Shown here: one piece after another, positions 45,226 through 52,887 of the stretch
How the letters are laid out: each line of letters starts with the position of its first letter
Position numbering within the stretch: position 1 is the first letter of the stretch
Virus record (IMG/VR): IMGVR_UViG_3300037760_000130
Coordinates: 1 to 52,887 of that record
Direction: 5' to 3' (one strand)
Origin: a virus
Taxonomy: Duplodnaviria > Caudoviricetes
DNA length: 52,887 bases
Notes under the pieces: generated by a model
The model's database searches: none
The model's input: only the letters and a program-made list of their open reading frames with translations
What the model was told of the DNA's origin: nothing
Made by a program: the position numbers and the translations under genes

Positions 45226-45439
45226 GACTGCTCCTGGACGCAGAAACGCCCGACCTGCCAGCGGCACCCCGGAACTCGCTAAGGAGTTGCCGGCGCTGGT
45301 GGATCGGGCGTCTCATGGTAGTCATGTCTCCTCGCTTCCGGGGTGCGAGTTCAGTATACGGCACGGGTGTGACAGCGCGCAAGGTCACGCGCACCCGCGC
45401 ATCGTCCGGCAACTCCGCCAGCAGGCGAGCGAAGCTCAT
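45212..45439 (-). CDS. Small hypothetical protein
   Basis: GGAGG RBS; ATGA overlap. Confidence 0.4.
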   Translation of the reverse strand: MSFARLLAELPDDARVRVTLRAVTPVPYTELAPRKRGDMTTMRRPIHQRRQLLSEFRGAAGRSGVSASRSSRGLP

Positions 45440-45918
45440 GCGACCCGGTCCTCCTGGCACCACGCCAGCGCGTCGGCCTCGGAGCGCCAGACCATGTAGG
45501 TGCCGCCGTGCTTGGTCCACAGCGCCCCGAAGCCCTTCTGCTCCGGCGTCTGCTTGCCCTTCGCGCTCTTGAGCTCCACCGCAGCGGTGCCGGCGGGTCC
45601 GGCGACGAACAGATCCGGCAGCCCCTTGGTCACGCGCGTCGAGCCGTCCTTCCGGTAGCCTTGCTCGGTATCCCAAACGCCGTAGCCCAACGTGCGCAGC
45701 AGCTTCACGATGGCGTGGCGGATCTCGGCCTCGGAGCGGCCATCGGGGACCGGAGCGTCCGACGCCTCCGCGCGTACGTTCCGCGCCTTCGCGCCCTTCT
45801 CGGCTCCGGCCCCCTTCGCTGGCTCCGTGTACTGCCCGCACCCCTCCGGCGCGTGGTGGTAGCGCATCCACGCGGGGACGGTGGCGCCGCAGCCGGAGCA
45901 GGTGAGGGTGGCTGTCAT
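45436..45918 (-). CDS. VRR-NUC domain nuclease with N-terminal zinc ribbon
   Basis: SEAEI...GLPDL...VELKSAKGKQTPEQ. Confidence 0.85.
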   Translation of the reverse strand: MTATLTCSGCGATVPAWMRYHHAPEGCGQYTEPAKGAGAEKGAKARNVRAEASDAPVPDGRSEAEIRHAIVKLLRTLGYGVWDTEQGYRKDGSTRVTKGLPDLFVAGPAGTAAVELKSAKGKQTPEQKGFGALWTKHGGTYMVWRSEADALAWCQEDRVA

Positions 45919-45921
45919 CGT

Positions 45922-46626
45922 TCAGGCGTGGCTCGTCTGGTCGGCGGGCGTCTTCGCCTCTCGCCGCATGGGCATGAGTAGCCCGCGCACCGAGGGCAGC
46001 CCGTCGTGGGTGGACCGGATCTCGATGGCCTGGTCCTCGCCCCGGAAGGCGCAGTCGACGCCAGCCACGCCCTTCAACTTCCCGACGAAGCCAAAGAGCC
46101 GGGTCCCGATCTTCATGCCGTCCACTCGCTCGAAGTCGTCGAGTCCGAACGAGAGCTTTCGCCAATTGGGGTACTCGCCCTCGTAGATCCGGGCGGCGAA
46201 CGTCTGGCCGTGGGCGCGAAGCGTCAGCACGTACTCCGTCAGGGCCTCGCCCAGCGCCGGCTCGCCCGTTTCTTCGGCCTTTTCGACGCCCACCTCCAGG
46301 TCGTCGTATTCCTCGCAGGCAGAGAGAAGCGTGCGCATGAACCCGAGCGCGAACTTGTCCACGTCCGAGACCACAATCTGATCGTCCGGCGCCTCGTCGG
46401 GCTCGGGGTGAGGCGCGGGCAGGTCCCCGTTGTCCGAATAGGGCGCCCACGTCCGGAACAGCGCGTGCCCGTTGCAGCCGACGAACTGGATGCCGCGAGC
46501 GAAGAACTCGACCGATAGCGTCCGGTATAGCGCCGGGCGGGAATCGTCATTCGCGGACGCGATCGCCGCGTTCAGCCACGCGGTCGCGCCTACGTCGGCT
46601 CGTACCTTACGGGGTGTGTCGCTCAT
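45922..46626 (-). CDS. DNA polymerase III beta-clamp-like protein
   Basis: ASANDDSRPAL, FVGCNGHAL, IYEGEYPNWRKL, GLLMPMR. Confidence 0.65.
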   Translation of the reverse strand: MSDTPRKVRADVGATAWLNAAIASANDDSRPALYRTLSVEFFARGIQFVGCNGHALFRTWAPYSDNGDLPAPHPEPDEAPDDQIVVSDVDKFALGFMRTLLSACEEYDDLEVGVEKAEETGEPALGEALTEYVLTLRAHGQTFAARIYEGEYPNWRKLSFGLDDFERVDGMKIGTRLFGFVGKLKGVAGVDCAFRGEDQAIEIRSTHDGLPSVRGLLMPMRREAKTPADQTSHA

Positions 46627-46661
46627 TGCTTCGCATGCTCCGTGTTCGGGTGATGGTGGTC

Positions 46662-47306
46662 CTACGCTTCCGCCTCGGCGGGCTCCGGCAACGCACCAGG
46701 CTCCGGCAGCGCGGGTGCCGCTTCCGGCTCCTGGCCGTCCTGGAATGCCAGGCCCATGACGACCGCCCGCCATCCGTCGCCCACGAGTGCGAACGCGGGG
46801 TGCCCGGTCGGGCTCGGCAGTGTGCCGACCTCCACGCGCTCGCCCGGCGCACCGTCCAGTGCCCAGGCGAGCAGGCGCCGGTTCACGGGCTGGCCGGCGA
46901 CGGTGATCGCGTGGCGGTCGGGGTCTGCGTAGGGTCCAGTCGTGCCCGCGCCGTTGCAGCCTACGCAGACCGCGTCGTGCTCATGCCCGCAATATTCGCA
47001 GGTGCATGGCTGGCGCCCGGCGACGCCGCACACCTCGCACGCCGACTCGTACGGTCCCAGCCACGCACGCAGCGCGGCCAGGTCGTAGCTCACCGGGTCC
47101 ACGGGGTCGGGGTCGAGCAGGCGCCCTACTAACGCCTGGCGTCTCTCGCCCTCGATCTCCGGCACGTCACCGGGACCCTCCGGGGGTGCCACGGCGACCA
47201 GGCACCGTCCGTCCGTGGCGTAGAGCCAGCGGTCGTGCCGCATCACGCGGTGGAGATGCGGGCGATGGTCGTCCGTGCTGGCGTAGCGTTCGAGTCGGTC
47301 GATCAT
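46662..47306 (-). CDS. Second beta-clamp-like protein with inserted zinc finger
   Basis: ASTDDHRPHL...YATDGRCL...CEVCG..CEYCG..CVGCNG...AVVMGL. Confidence 0.55.
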   Translation of the reverse strand: MIDRLERYASTDDHRPHLHRVMRHDRWLYATDGRCLVAVAPPEGPGDVPEIEGERRQALVGRLLDPDPVDPVSYDLAALRAWLGPYESACEVCGVAGRQPCTCEYCGHEHDAVCVGCNGAGTTGPYADPDRHAITVAGQPVNRRLLAWALDGAPGERVEVGTLPSPTGHPAFALVGDGWRAVVMGLAFQDGQEPEAAPALPEPGALPEPAEAEA

Positions 47307-48682
47307 GGGGCCTCCAATTCGGCGGGCACCGGCTTGCCGGCGTCGCGCGCCCAAGCCTCGCCGTCCTCGACACAAATTTCGCCACTCCCTTCCAGGCCCA
47401 GCCGGCACGCCCAGATCTGGAATCCATGCTCCTTCGCGAGCGCGTCCAACGCCTCCAGCGCATCGAGGTCCAACCCGTTCGCTTCTTCGTCGAGCAAGCA
47501 GATCCGCAGCTCGGGGCGCGCGGCCATCGCGACGGCGACCGCGAGCCGGGCACACTCCGCGCCAGACGCGACCGACAGCGGACGCCCGTTGAGCAACGGC
47601 GAGCCGTCCTCGGCGAACGAAAGGCCCTCGACCGGCATCCCGGCAGAGCGGATCAGCTCGCGCTCCTGGGCGTCCATGGCCTCCATCTCCGCCGTGAGCG
47701 CCTGAATGGCCGCCTCGGCTTCGTTGAGCTCGGCCTGGGCGCCGTCGTAGGCTTCCCACGGCCGGAGCGCCTGCTGCACCCGGTCCGCTTCGTTGATGCG
47801 GGCGCGGACGGCCTCGATGTCGGGCATCACGTCGGGGACCTTGGCGGCCTCTTCAGCGGCGCGCTGCGCGTCGTCTTCGGTGGCCCGCGCGACCTTCGCA
47901 GCCTTGGCCGCATGGGCTTTCGCTTCCTCTAGCAGCCGCTCCAACTCGGCCACCCGGTCGTCGGCGTTCCTGTACTGGGCCTCCGCCGCTTCCGCCTGCC
48001 GGGCCCTCGTCTCCGCATCGCGGAACATGTCCTGTCGTGCCCGGTCCTGCTGTTGCAGCTCGCCCATCTTCGCGAGCTCCGCCGACACGTCGATCGGCTC
48101 CGGTCGCTCGCCACCCGGCTCCTGCACCTGTCGTGCGCGCCGCTGCTGCGCGATCCAGGGCGTGCGCGTCTGGTACCGCTCCGCGCGCGCCGCCCGCAGC
48201 TCGTCGAGCTTGGCGGGCAAGCCGGGGTCCTCGCCCAACGACAGCAGGATCTCCCGCTGGCGGTCGGGGTGCAGCGAGAAGAAGGCGGACGGGTCGAAGC
48301 TGAGCGGGCCGAGCCATTCCGCGAGCTTGCCTTGCGAGTGCTTGCCGCCGTCCGGCCCGATTACGGTGAGGTAGCCCTTCGGCGCAGCCTCGGTGAACCG
48401 GCGCTCGACCGTGAACCCGTTGGACAGCTTCAGCGTCACCGACGCGCGCCCGTCCTCGGCGTCCTCGTTGACCGTCGCCTCGCCCAGGATCTCACCAGCG
48501 CCACCGAGCGCGGCCTTGATGGCGCGCAGCAGACTGGTTTTGCCGGCGCCGTTTTTCCCGCTGACCCGGATCAGGCCGTCCGTGGGGATCAGCTCGACCT
48601 CGGCGGCCCGGAGACGATGGAAGGATTCGACCTTGAGGCCGATGGCGGTGATGCCCCTGCCCTGCTTGCCGTTGGTGCTCAT
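47303..48682 (-). CDS. SMC/Rad50-like ABC ATPase
   Basis: Walker A GKNGAGKTS, coiled coil, signature ASGAE, Walker B CLLDE. Confidence 0.85.
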   Translation of the reverse strand: MSTNGKQGRGITAIGLKVESFHRLRAAEVELIPTDGLIRVSGKNGAGKTSLLRAIKAALGGAGEILGEATVNEDAEDGRASVTLKLSNGFTVERRFTEAAPKGYLTVIGPDGGKHSQGKLAEWLGPLSFDPSAFFSLHPDRQREILLSLGEDPGLPAKLDELRAARAERYQTRTPWIAQQRRARQVQEPGGERPEPIDVSAELAKMGELQQQDRARQDMFRDAETRARQAEAAEAQYRNADDRVAELERLLEEAKAHAAKAAKVARATEDDAQRAAEEAAKVPDVMPDIEAVRARINEADRVQQALRPWEAYDGAQAELNEAEAAIQALTAEMEAMDAQERELIRSAGMPVEGLSFAEDGSPLLNGRPLSVASGAECARLAVAVAMAARPELRICLLDEEANGLDLDALEALDALAKEHGFQIWACRLGLEGSGEICVEDGEAWARDAGKPVPAELEAP

Positions 48683-49791
48683 GCGTCCCCCTCGGCCAGT
48701 GCGGCCTGCTTCTTGGCAATCTGAGTCTCGAGCCAGTCGATGCCGGTACGCAGGTGCCCGATCTCGCCGGACTCCATGGCCGCATCGAGGCTCGCCATGT
48801 GTGTATCGTTGAGCGCGAGGCCAGCACGGGGCGCCTGTTCAATCAGCGCCCGCATCCGAGCCACGAGGTCGGCGGCGTCCGGCTGTTCCTCGGCGTCCTC
48901 CGTGCCCGGCCCGCCCACGATGGCCTCGTTGATCTGCGCGAGCTTGTTGGGCTCCGGCTCCGGTTCGCCCGCGCTGAGTCGTGGCGGGAAAAACTCGTCA
49001 CCGATGTCCGGCTCTTCCTCGGCGTCCAGCTCATCCAGGTCGGCGACCGTGCCCGATGCGAGCGCCAGCACTTCACGCCGCGCGATTCGGTTGCTGCGAT
49101 GGAATTCCAGCATCGCCTCGCGGGCTTCCTCGTACGACGCCCGGAGCACGAGCGCGACGCGGTACGCGGTGCCCGTCTTCTCCTGGCCTCTATCCGTCCA
49201 CCGGACTTCGCCGGGGTGGAGCTGCATCTGCATGGGCAGGCCGCGCAGCGAGCCCAGCTCGTGCTCCAGCATCCGGAGCGTGCCCAGCATCCCGGCGGTC
49301 GCGACCCACGAGGTGGTCCGGTAGACGTGCACGCCCCCGAAGGTGGTGCCGGCCTCCAGGATCACCGCGAGCCGCGCGTACGGCTTGCAGTCGCAGGGCT
49401 TCCCCTGTGCCAGGTCGCACACGCCGCCGACCTGCGTGCGAGGATCGACGAACCGGTCGCCGTCGCACTCGCGGGCCCGCGTACGGCCGGCGTAGTGCAG
49501 CATCCGCGTTTTCAGGTTCTTGTCGCGCGTGTCGAAGGGCAGGCGGATGTCCAGTGCCGTGGGCTTCGCGCCCAGCTTCGCGTGGATGGCCTCGTCGGTC
49601 TCGAAGTTGCCGTCGCCGCCGCGGGTCAGCTTGGCGACGCGGAAGTAATCCAGTTTCGTCGGCGGCTGGAACGTGTTGCCCGATTTGCTCTTGATGGCCG
49701 GCCCCTTCTCGCCGATCTGGATGCGACCGACGACGGGCAAGCGCGGCGCGAGGACTCCGGGCGCGATGGCGCGGCTCGTGGGGGCGCTCAT
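48679..49791 (-). CDS. Recombination directionality factor / gp3-like recombination protein
   Basis: VGRIQIGEK...PTKLDYFRV...ECDG...CKP...GVHVYRTTSW; adjacent to RecE-like gene. Confidence 0.6.
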   Translation of the reverse strand: MSAPTSRAIAPGVLAPRLPVVGRIQIGEKGPAIKSKSGNTFQPPTKLDYFRVAKLTRGGDGNFETDEAIHAKLGAKPTALDIRLPFDTRDKNLKTRMLHYAGRTRARECDGDRFVDPRTQVGGVCDLAQGKPCDCKPYARLAVILEAGTTFGGVHVYRTTSWVATAGMLGTLRMLEHELGSLRGLPMQMQLHPGEVRWTDRGQEKTGTAYRVALVLRASYEEAREAMLEFHRSNRIARREVLALASGTVADLDELDAEEEPDIGDEFFPPRLSAGEPEPEPNKLAQINEAIVGGPGTEDAEEQPDAADLVARMRALIEQAPRAGLALNDTHMASLDAAMESGEIGHLRTGIDWLETQIAKKQAALAEGDA

Positions 49792-50753
49792 GATGCCGCC
49801 TCGATGAAGTCCAGCCGGTCGATGTGCCTGAGCCGCCAGTGGGGCAGCGTCAGGTGATGGACCTCGGGTCCGTAGCCCGGCCACACGCCCGTGCGCTTGC
49901 ACTGCGCGAGCGTGAGCAGCGCCTGGCGCACCTCGGCCTCGCCGATCGCCAGCGCCTCTTCGTCCATCCGGTACACGATGACCTCGTGCGGGGGCGCGGA
50001 CTCCACGACCGGGTAAAGCTGGTTCTGAGGCCAGAAGCCGGTCGCATCGAGCCCCATCCGGTAGAACGCGGCCCGGAAGTAATAGCCGAGGTCGTGCGCG
50101 TGCCGGGTGAACGACTCGTGCGAAGCGGACCGCCCCGTGGACTTCAGGTTGACCTCGGATTCGTGGAACGGCGCGGGCAGCGTCGGCGGATCACGCACCA
50201 CCTGGTCGGGCCGGATGCGGCACCACAGCCCGGTCTCTTCGTCCTGCCAGACCACCGTCAGCTCGCGCGGGCCAGGCGCCCGGAGTAGCGGACCGGCGGT
50301 CGGGTGGGCGAAGAGCGCTTCCTTCATGGCGACCGCCTGGGCCTTCATTCCCCCGGCGACCGTGTGGATACCGGGCAACTCCGGCTGGCCCTTCGCCGGG
50401 TCGTGCGTCTTGCAGAAGCTCTGCCCGTCGCGGTAGATCGAGCCCTGGTGGCTGCACCGCTCACCGTCCTTCTTCTTGCCCCCGCACGTGCCGAGCACGA
50501 CATAGCGCCCGTCGAGTTCGTCGGGCTCGTAGACCGCCGTGTGGAGCACGTTGCCGAGCGCCTTCGGGTCGGTCGTGTCGTCGACCGGATTCTCGAGGTC
50601 GTGGTGCAGGTGGGCCGGCGTCGTGCTGTGCAGCTTCCACAGCTTCGACGCACTCGCGGCCGGGTCAGCCAGGTAGGTGCCCATCGCGATGCCCTCGTGC
50701 CATCCGGGCCCGAGGCGCGTCGTGCCGATGGGGATAATGCTTGCGTTTGCCAT
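49788..50753 (-). CDS. RecE/ExoVIII-like PD-(D/E)XK exonuclease (DUF3799-like)
   Basis: LGNVLHTAVYEP, WQDEETGLWCRIRPD, NLKST, GYYFRAAFY, WPGY. Confidence 0.85.
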   Translation of the reverse strand: MANASIIPIGTTRLGPGWHEGIAMGTYLADPAASASKLWKLHSTTPAHLHHDLENPVDDTTDPKALGNVLHTAVYEPDELDGRYVVLGTCGGKKKDGERCSHQGSIYRDGQSFCKTHDPAKGQPELPGIHTVAGGMKAQAVAMKEALFAHPTAGPLLRAPGPRELTVVWQDEETGLWCRIRPDQVVRDPPTLPAPFHESEVNLKSTGRSASHESFTRHAHDLGYYFRAAFYRMGLDATGFWPQNQLYPVVESAPPHEVIVYRMDEEALAIGEAEVRQALLTLAQCKRTGVWPGYGPEVHHLTLPHWRLRHIDRLDFIEAAS

Positions 50754-51068
50754 GGCGTTACCCTTATTGTTGAGGTTCATGTCGTACCTCGCTCGCGGCG
50801 TCTCCGCGGGCACTCGGCCGTCTCGCGGATTCCCAGGGGACCCGAACTCCCCCCCGCGAGGCGGTCTTTCGTTGCGCATTCACGCTGCCGGCGCCCCATC
50901 GACCGCGCGGATGCACCACTCGCACGTCGCATCCTCATCCGTGGCGCGCGCCGGTCGGTAGATCCCGCCCACGCCGCATTCGGTCTCGTTGGGATACCGG
51001 AGGCTACGGTAAGTGGACGTCTCTGCCGTCGATTCGGCAGCGTGGCGGGCGTGGGTTCGCGGGGGCGG

Positions 51069-51221
51069 TCAGACATCTGCGCTCGCCTCCAGCCGTTGCT
51101 CACAGTCAGCGCAAATGGTGTCTGTGACCGGGCACCGCAGCAGCCCACGCAGCGCGTCGAGCCAGGTCAGCCAGGCGCCGTTTCCGGCGTCGTGCCAGGC
51201 GCAGCGGCGGGCGAGTTTCAT
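51069..51221 (-). CDS. Small Cys-containing protein
   Basis: GGAGG RBS; RRCAW...TDTICADC. Confidence 0.5.
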   Translation of the reverse strand: MKLARRCAWHDAGNGAWLTWLDALRGLLRCPVTDTICADCEQRLEASADV

Positions 51222-51454
51222 GCGACCCTCCAGCGCCAGCAGGCGGCCTCGAACTCGACCGCCGACAGCGCGCAGACCCACGAGCGTCGGCGCCCGTTCG
51301 GGTCATTGACGTACGGACCGCCAGGCCACGCGCACGGATGCACCGCGCCGTGTATGCGGGCGTCGGGCAGAAAGCCCTCCGGATCATCCCTCGGCTCACA
51401 CCGCGCCAGCGCCTGCGGGAGCGAGGGGACGCGGATGTAGACGCGGGTGCTCAT
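51218..51454 (-). CDS. Hypothetical protein
   Basis: ATGA overlaps. Confidence 0.5.
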   Translation of the reverse strand: MSTRVYIRVPSLPQALARCEPRDDPEGFLPDARIHGAVHPCAWPGGPYVNDPNGRRRSWVCALSAVEFEAACWRWRVA

Positions 51455-51723
51455 TCCCACCCCATCTCACGCAGCGTATGCCGCGCAACCTCCGGGTCGC
51501 CCGACTCGATCGCCTCGCGCTCCTCGGATTCCAGGCCGTCGGTCGAGTAGTCGTAGCCGTCGCCGTAGACGAGGATTCGCATGTACCAGCGGTCCCATGA
51601 TGCGCTCAGGTCGCCGTACGCTGCTGCGGCGCTGGGTAGGTCCGGGCACTCCCGTTGCACCACCGTCCGCGCCCTGATGCCGTCCACAACCTCGACGACG
51701 AAAGGCGCGCCAGGGGCGCTCAT
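51451..51723 (-). CDS. Hypothetical protein
   Basis: ATGA overlaps; natural composition. Confidence 0.6.
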   Translation of the reverse strand: MSAPGAPFVVEVVDGIRARTVVQRECPDLPSAAAAYGDLSASWDRWYMRILVYGDGYDYSTDGLESEEREAIESGDPEVARHTLREMGWE

Positions 51724-52091
51724 GGGGTGGCCCCGGTTGCTTCCGCGATGGCCGCGCGCAGCCTGTTACATGCAGGAGAGCAATTGGTCGGACGATCTCC
51801 TGCCGCTGGGCAGCCGTAGTAGTGGCCGTCCAGGCCGATCATTCTTTGCAGCGTGAAAAGCATGCCCGCTACCGCCCCGTCTTCCAGCGCCTCCGTAGGA
51901 ATGTCTGCGCACGCGTTCACCGCGGCGACGATTCGGCGGGCGTTGGCCTCGGCTGAGTGCCGCTTGTCGGATTGCAGCACTTCGGCGATGGCAACGGGCG
52001 GGCTGTCGGCGCCGCGCACGTGGACTGTGCCGAAGCCGTTCGACTCGGTGGCCACCCACGGTACCGGCGTCGGCTCCGTGTGCCCGCTCAT
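51720..52091 (-). CDS. Phage hypothetical protein
   Basis: HTEPTPVPW...EANARRIVAAVNAC..IPTEALE, a common early-phage motif. Confidence 0.75.
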   Translation of the reverse strand: MSGHTEPTPVPWVATESNGFGTVHVRGADSPPVAIAEVLQSDKRHSAEANARRIVAAVNACADIPTEALEDGAVAGMLFTLQRMIGLDGHYYGCPAAGDRPTNCSPACNRLRAAIAEATGATP

Positions 52092-52240
52092 CGCTCCCAC
52101 CTCGCGAGCCCCACCCGCGTCCAGTCCAGCCGGGCGAGCCAGCGCACGGCCAGCTCGGCGCACACGACGATCGTGAGGCCGAGAAAGAACGCGGACGCGA
52201 AGAAGAGCGCGGCCCACCACGGGCCGGTGTGCGCGATCAT
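52088..52240 (-). CDS. Small membrane protein
   Basis: WWAALFFASAFFLGLTIVVCAELAV. Confidence 0.5.
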   Translation of the reverse strand: MIAHTGPWWAALFFASAFFLGLTIVVCAELAVRWLARLDWTRVGLARWER

Positions 52241-52452
52241 GCCACGTACAGGGTGGACGCCACGCGCCCGCACTGCTCACATGCTGGGGTCCAGCCCATG
52301 GCCTTCGCCTCGGCTACCATCGGCGGCGTGATCGGCTCGATCGGCTGACCGCTGATGTCGCGCCCGGTGTACTTGGCGCTGGTTCCGAGGTGATCGCCGC
52401 AGTAGGCGGCGCCGTTGTCGGTCAGGTAGATGGTTTCGGCTTGGATCGTCAT
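52237..52452 (-). CDS. First early gene, small Cys-containing protein
   Basis: GAGAGG RBS; YCGDH...CEQCG. Confidence 0.6.
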   Translation of the reverse strand: MTIQAETIYLTDNGAAYCGDHLGTSAKYTGRDISGQPIEPITPPMVAEAKAMGWTPACEQCGRVASTLYVA

Positions 52453-52497
52453 GGGTGGGGACCTCTCCCGTCGAGATGGGGCGCGAAGTATCTACCT

Positions 52498-52527
52498 AAC
52501 GATACATCGCGTGAACGATACGCGCAA
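52498..52527 (-). promoter_or_regulatory. Early sigma70 promoter with overlapping direct repeats
   Basis: TTGCGC-17 nt-TATCGT; GTATCGTT repeated twice (52498-52505, 52514-52521). Confidence 0.65.
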
Positions 52528-52539
52528 GGGGTCACCCCT

Positions 52540-52785
52540 TCACGCCGCCACCTCCGACTCCGCGAACTCCGGGAACGCTTCGGCCAGCGTCAGCCCGTAG
52601 AGTACGGCGAGCGTCACGAGGTCGCGGCGCCGGACGCGGGTGCGGCCCTTCTCCAGTGCGCTATACGAGTGCTGCATGATGCCGAGCGCGTCGGCGCATT
52701 GCTGCTGCGTGACGTTGTGCTCGGCCCGCAGCTCGGTCATCCTCCGCGCGATTCGTGCGCGGTCCCGTTTACGTGTGAGCTTCAT
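52540..52785 (-). CDS. XRE/Cro-like HTH regulator
   Basis: LRAEHNVTQQQCADALGIMQHSYSALEKG. Confidence 0.85.
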   Translation of the reverse strand: MKLTRKRDRARIARRMTELRAEHNVTQQQCADALGIMQHSYSALEKGRTRVRRRDLVTLAVLYGLTLAEAFPEFAESEVAA

Positions 52786-52887
52786 CCGGTTCTTCTCCGG
52801 CGGGGTTGTGTGTTCCGCTATCGACGGTATGATAGCATCGCGTAGGCGATTCGGCAAACGTGCGCATCCGCTTCGGCTCGATGGTCG
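52761..52887. repeat. Terminal direct repeat copy (circular overlap)
   Basis: Exact copy of 1-127. Confidence 0.95.

Noticed and set aside
1-52887. CRISPR array, IS element, or alternative genetic code
   Set aside because: No spaced repeats or transposase motifs; core genes are intact under the standard code.

Overview
The window is an apparently complete, circularly assembled genome of a high-GC tailed dsDNA phage with siphovirus-type morphogenesis. It has 52,760 unique bp; positions 1-127 are repeated exactly at 52761-52887. Nearly all genes are on the minus strand, in this order: XRE/Cro HTH, small early genes, RecE-like exonuclease, RDF/gp3-like protein, SMC-like ATPase, two beta-clamp-like proteins, VRR-NUC, SNF2 helicase with a frameshifted N4/N6 methyltransferase, many small ORFs, a cluster of tRNA-like RNAs, SPFH protein, C5 methyltransferase, replication initiator, TerS/TerL, late promoter with attenuator hairpin, portal-MuF fusion, HK97 protease and major capsid, a five-gene modification cluster, head-tail genes, tail tube, frameshifted tail chaperone, tape measure, a 2345-aa tail-tip/adhesin protein, two secreted proteins, and a multi-membrane lysis cassette with a PGRP-type amidase. 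A small plus-strand cassette has its own sigma70 promoter. No integrase was recognised. The most notable feature is the modification cluster between the capsid and head-tail connector genes (sulfotransferase-like, unknown duplicated His-rich protein, ParB-like, GT9-like, tandem GT2 fused to virion-type domains). Both the capsid and tail tube proteins end in serine, which suggests a glycosylation system for the virion surface, possibly with sulfation. All family assignments come from motif recognition by eye; no database searches were run.
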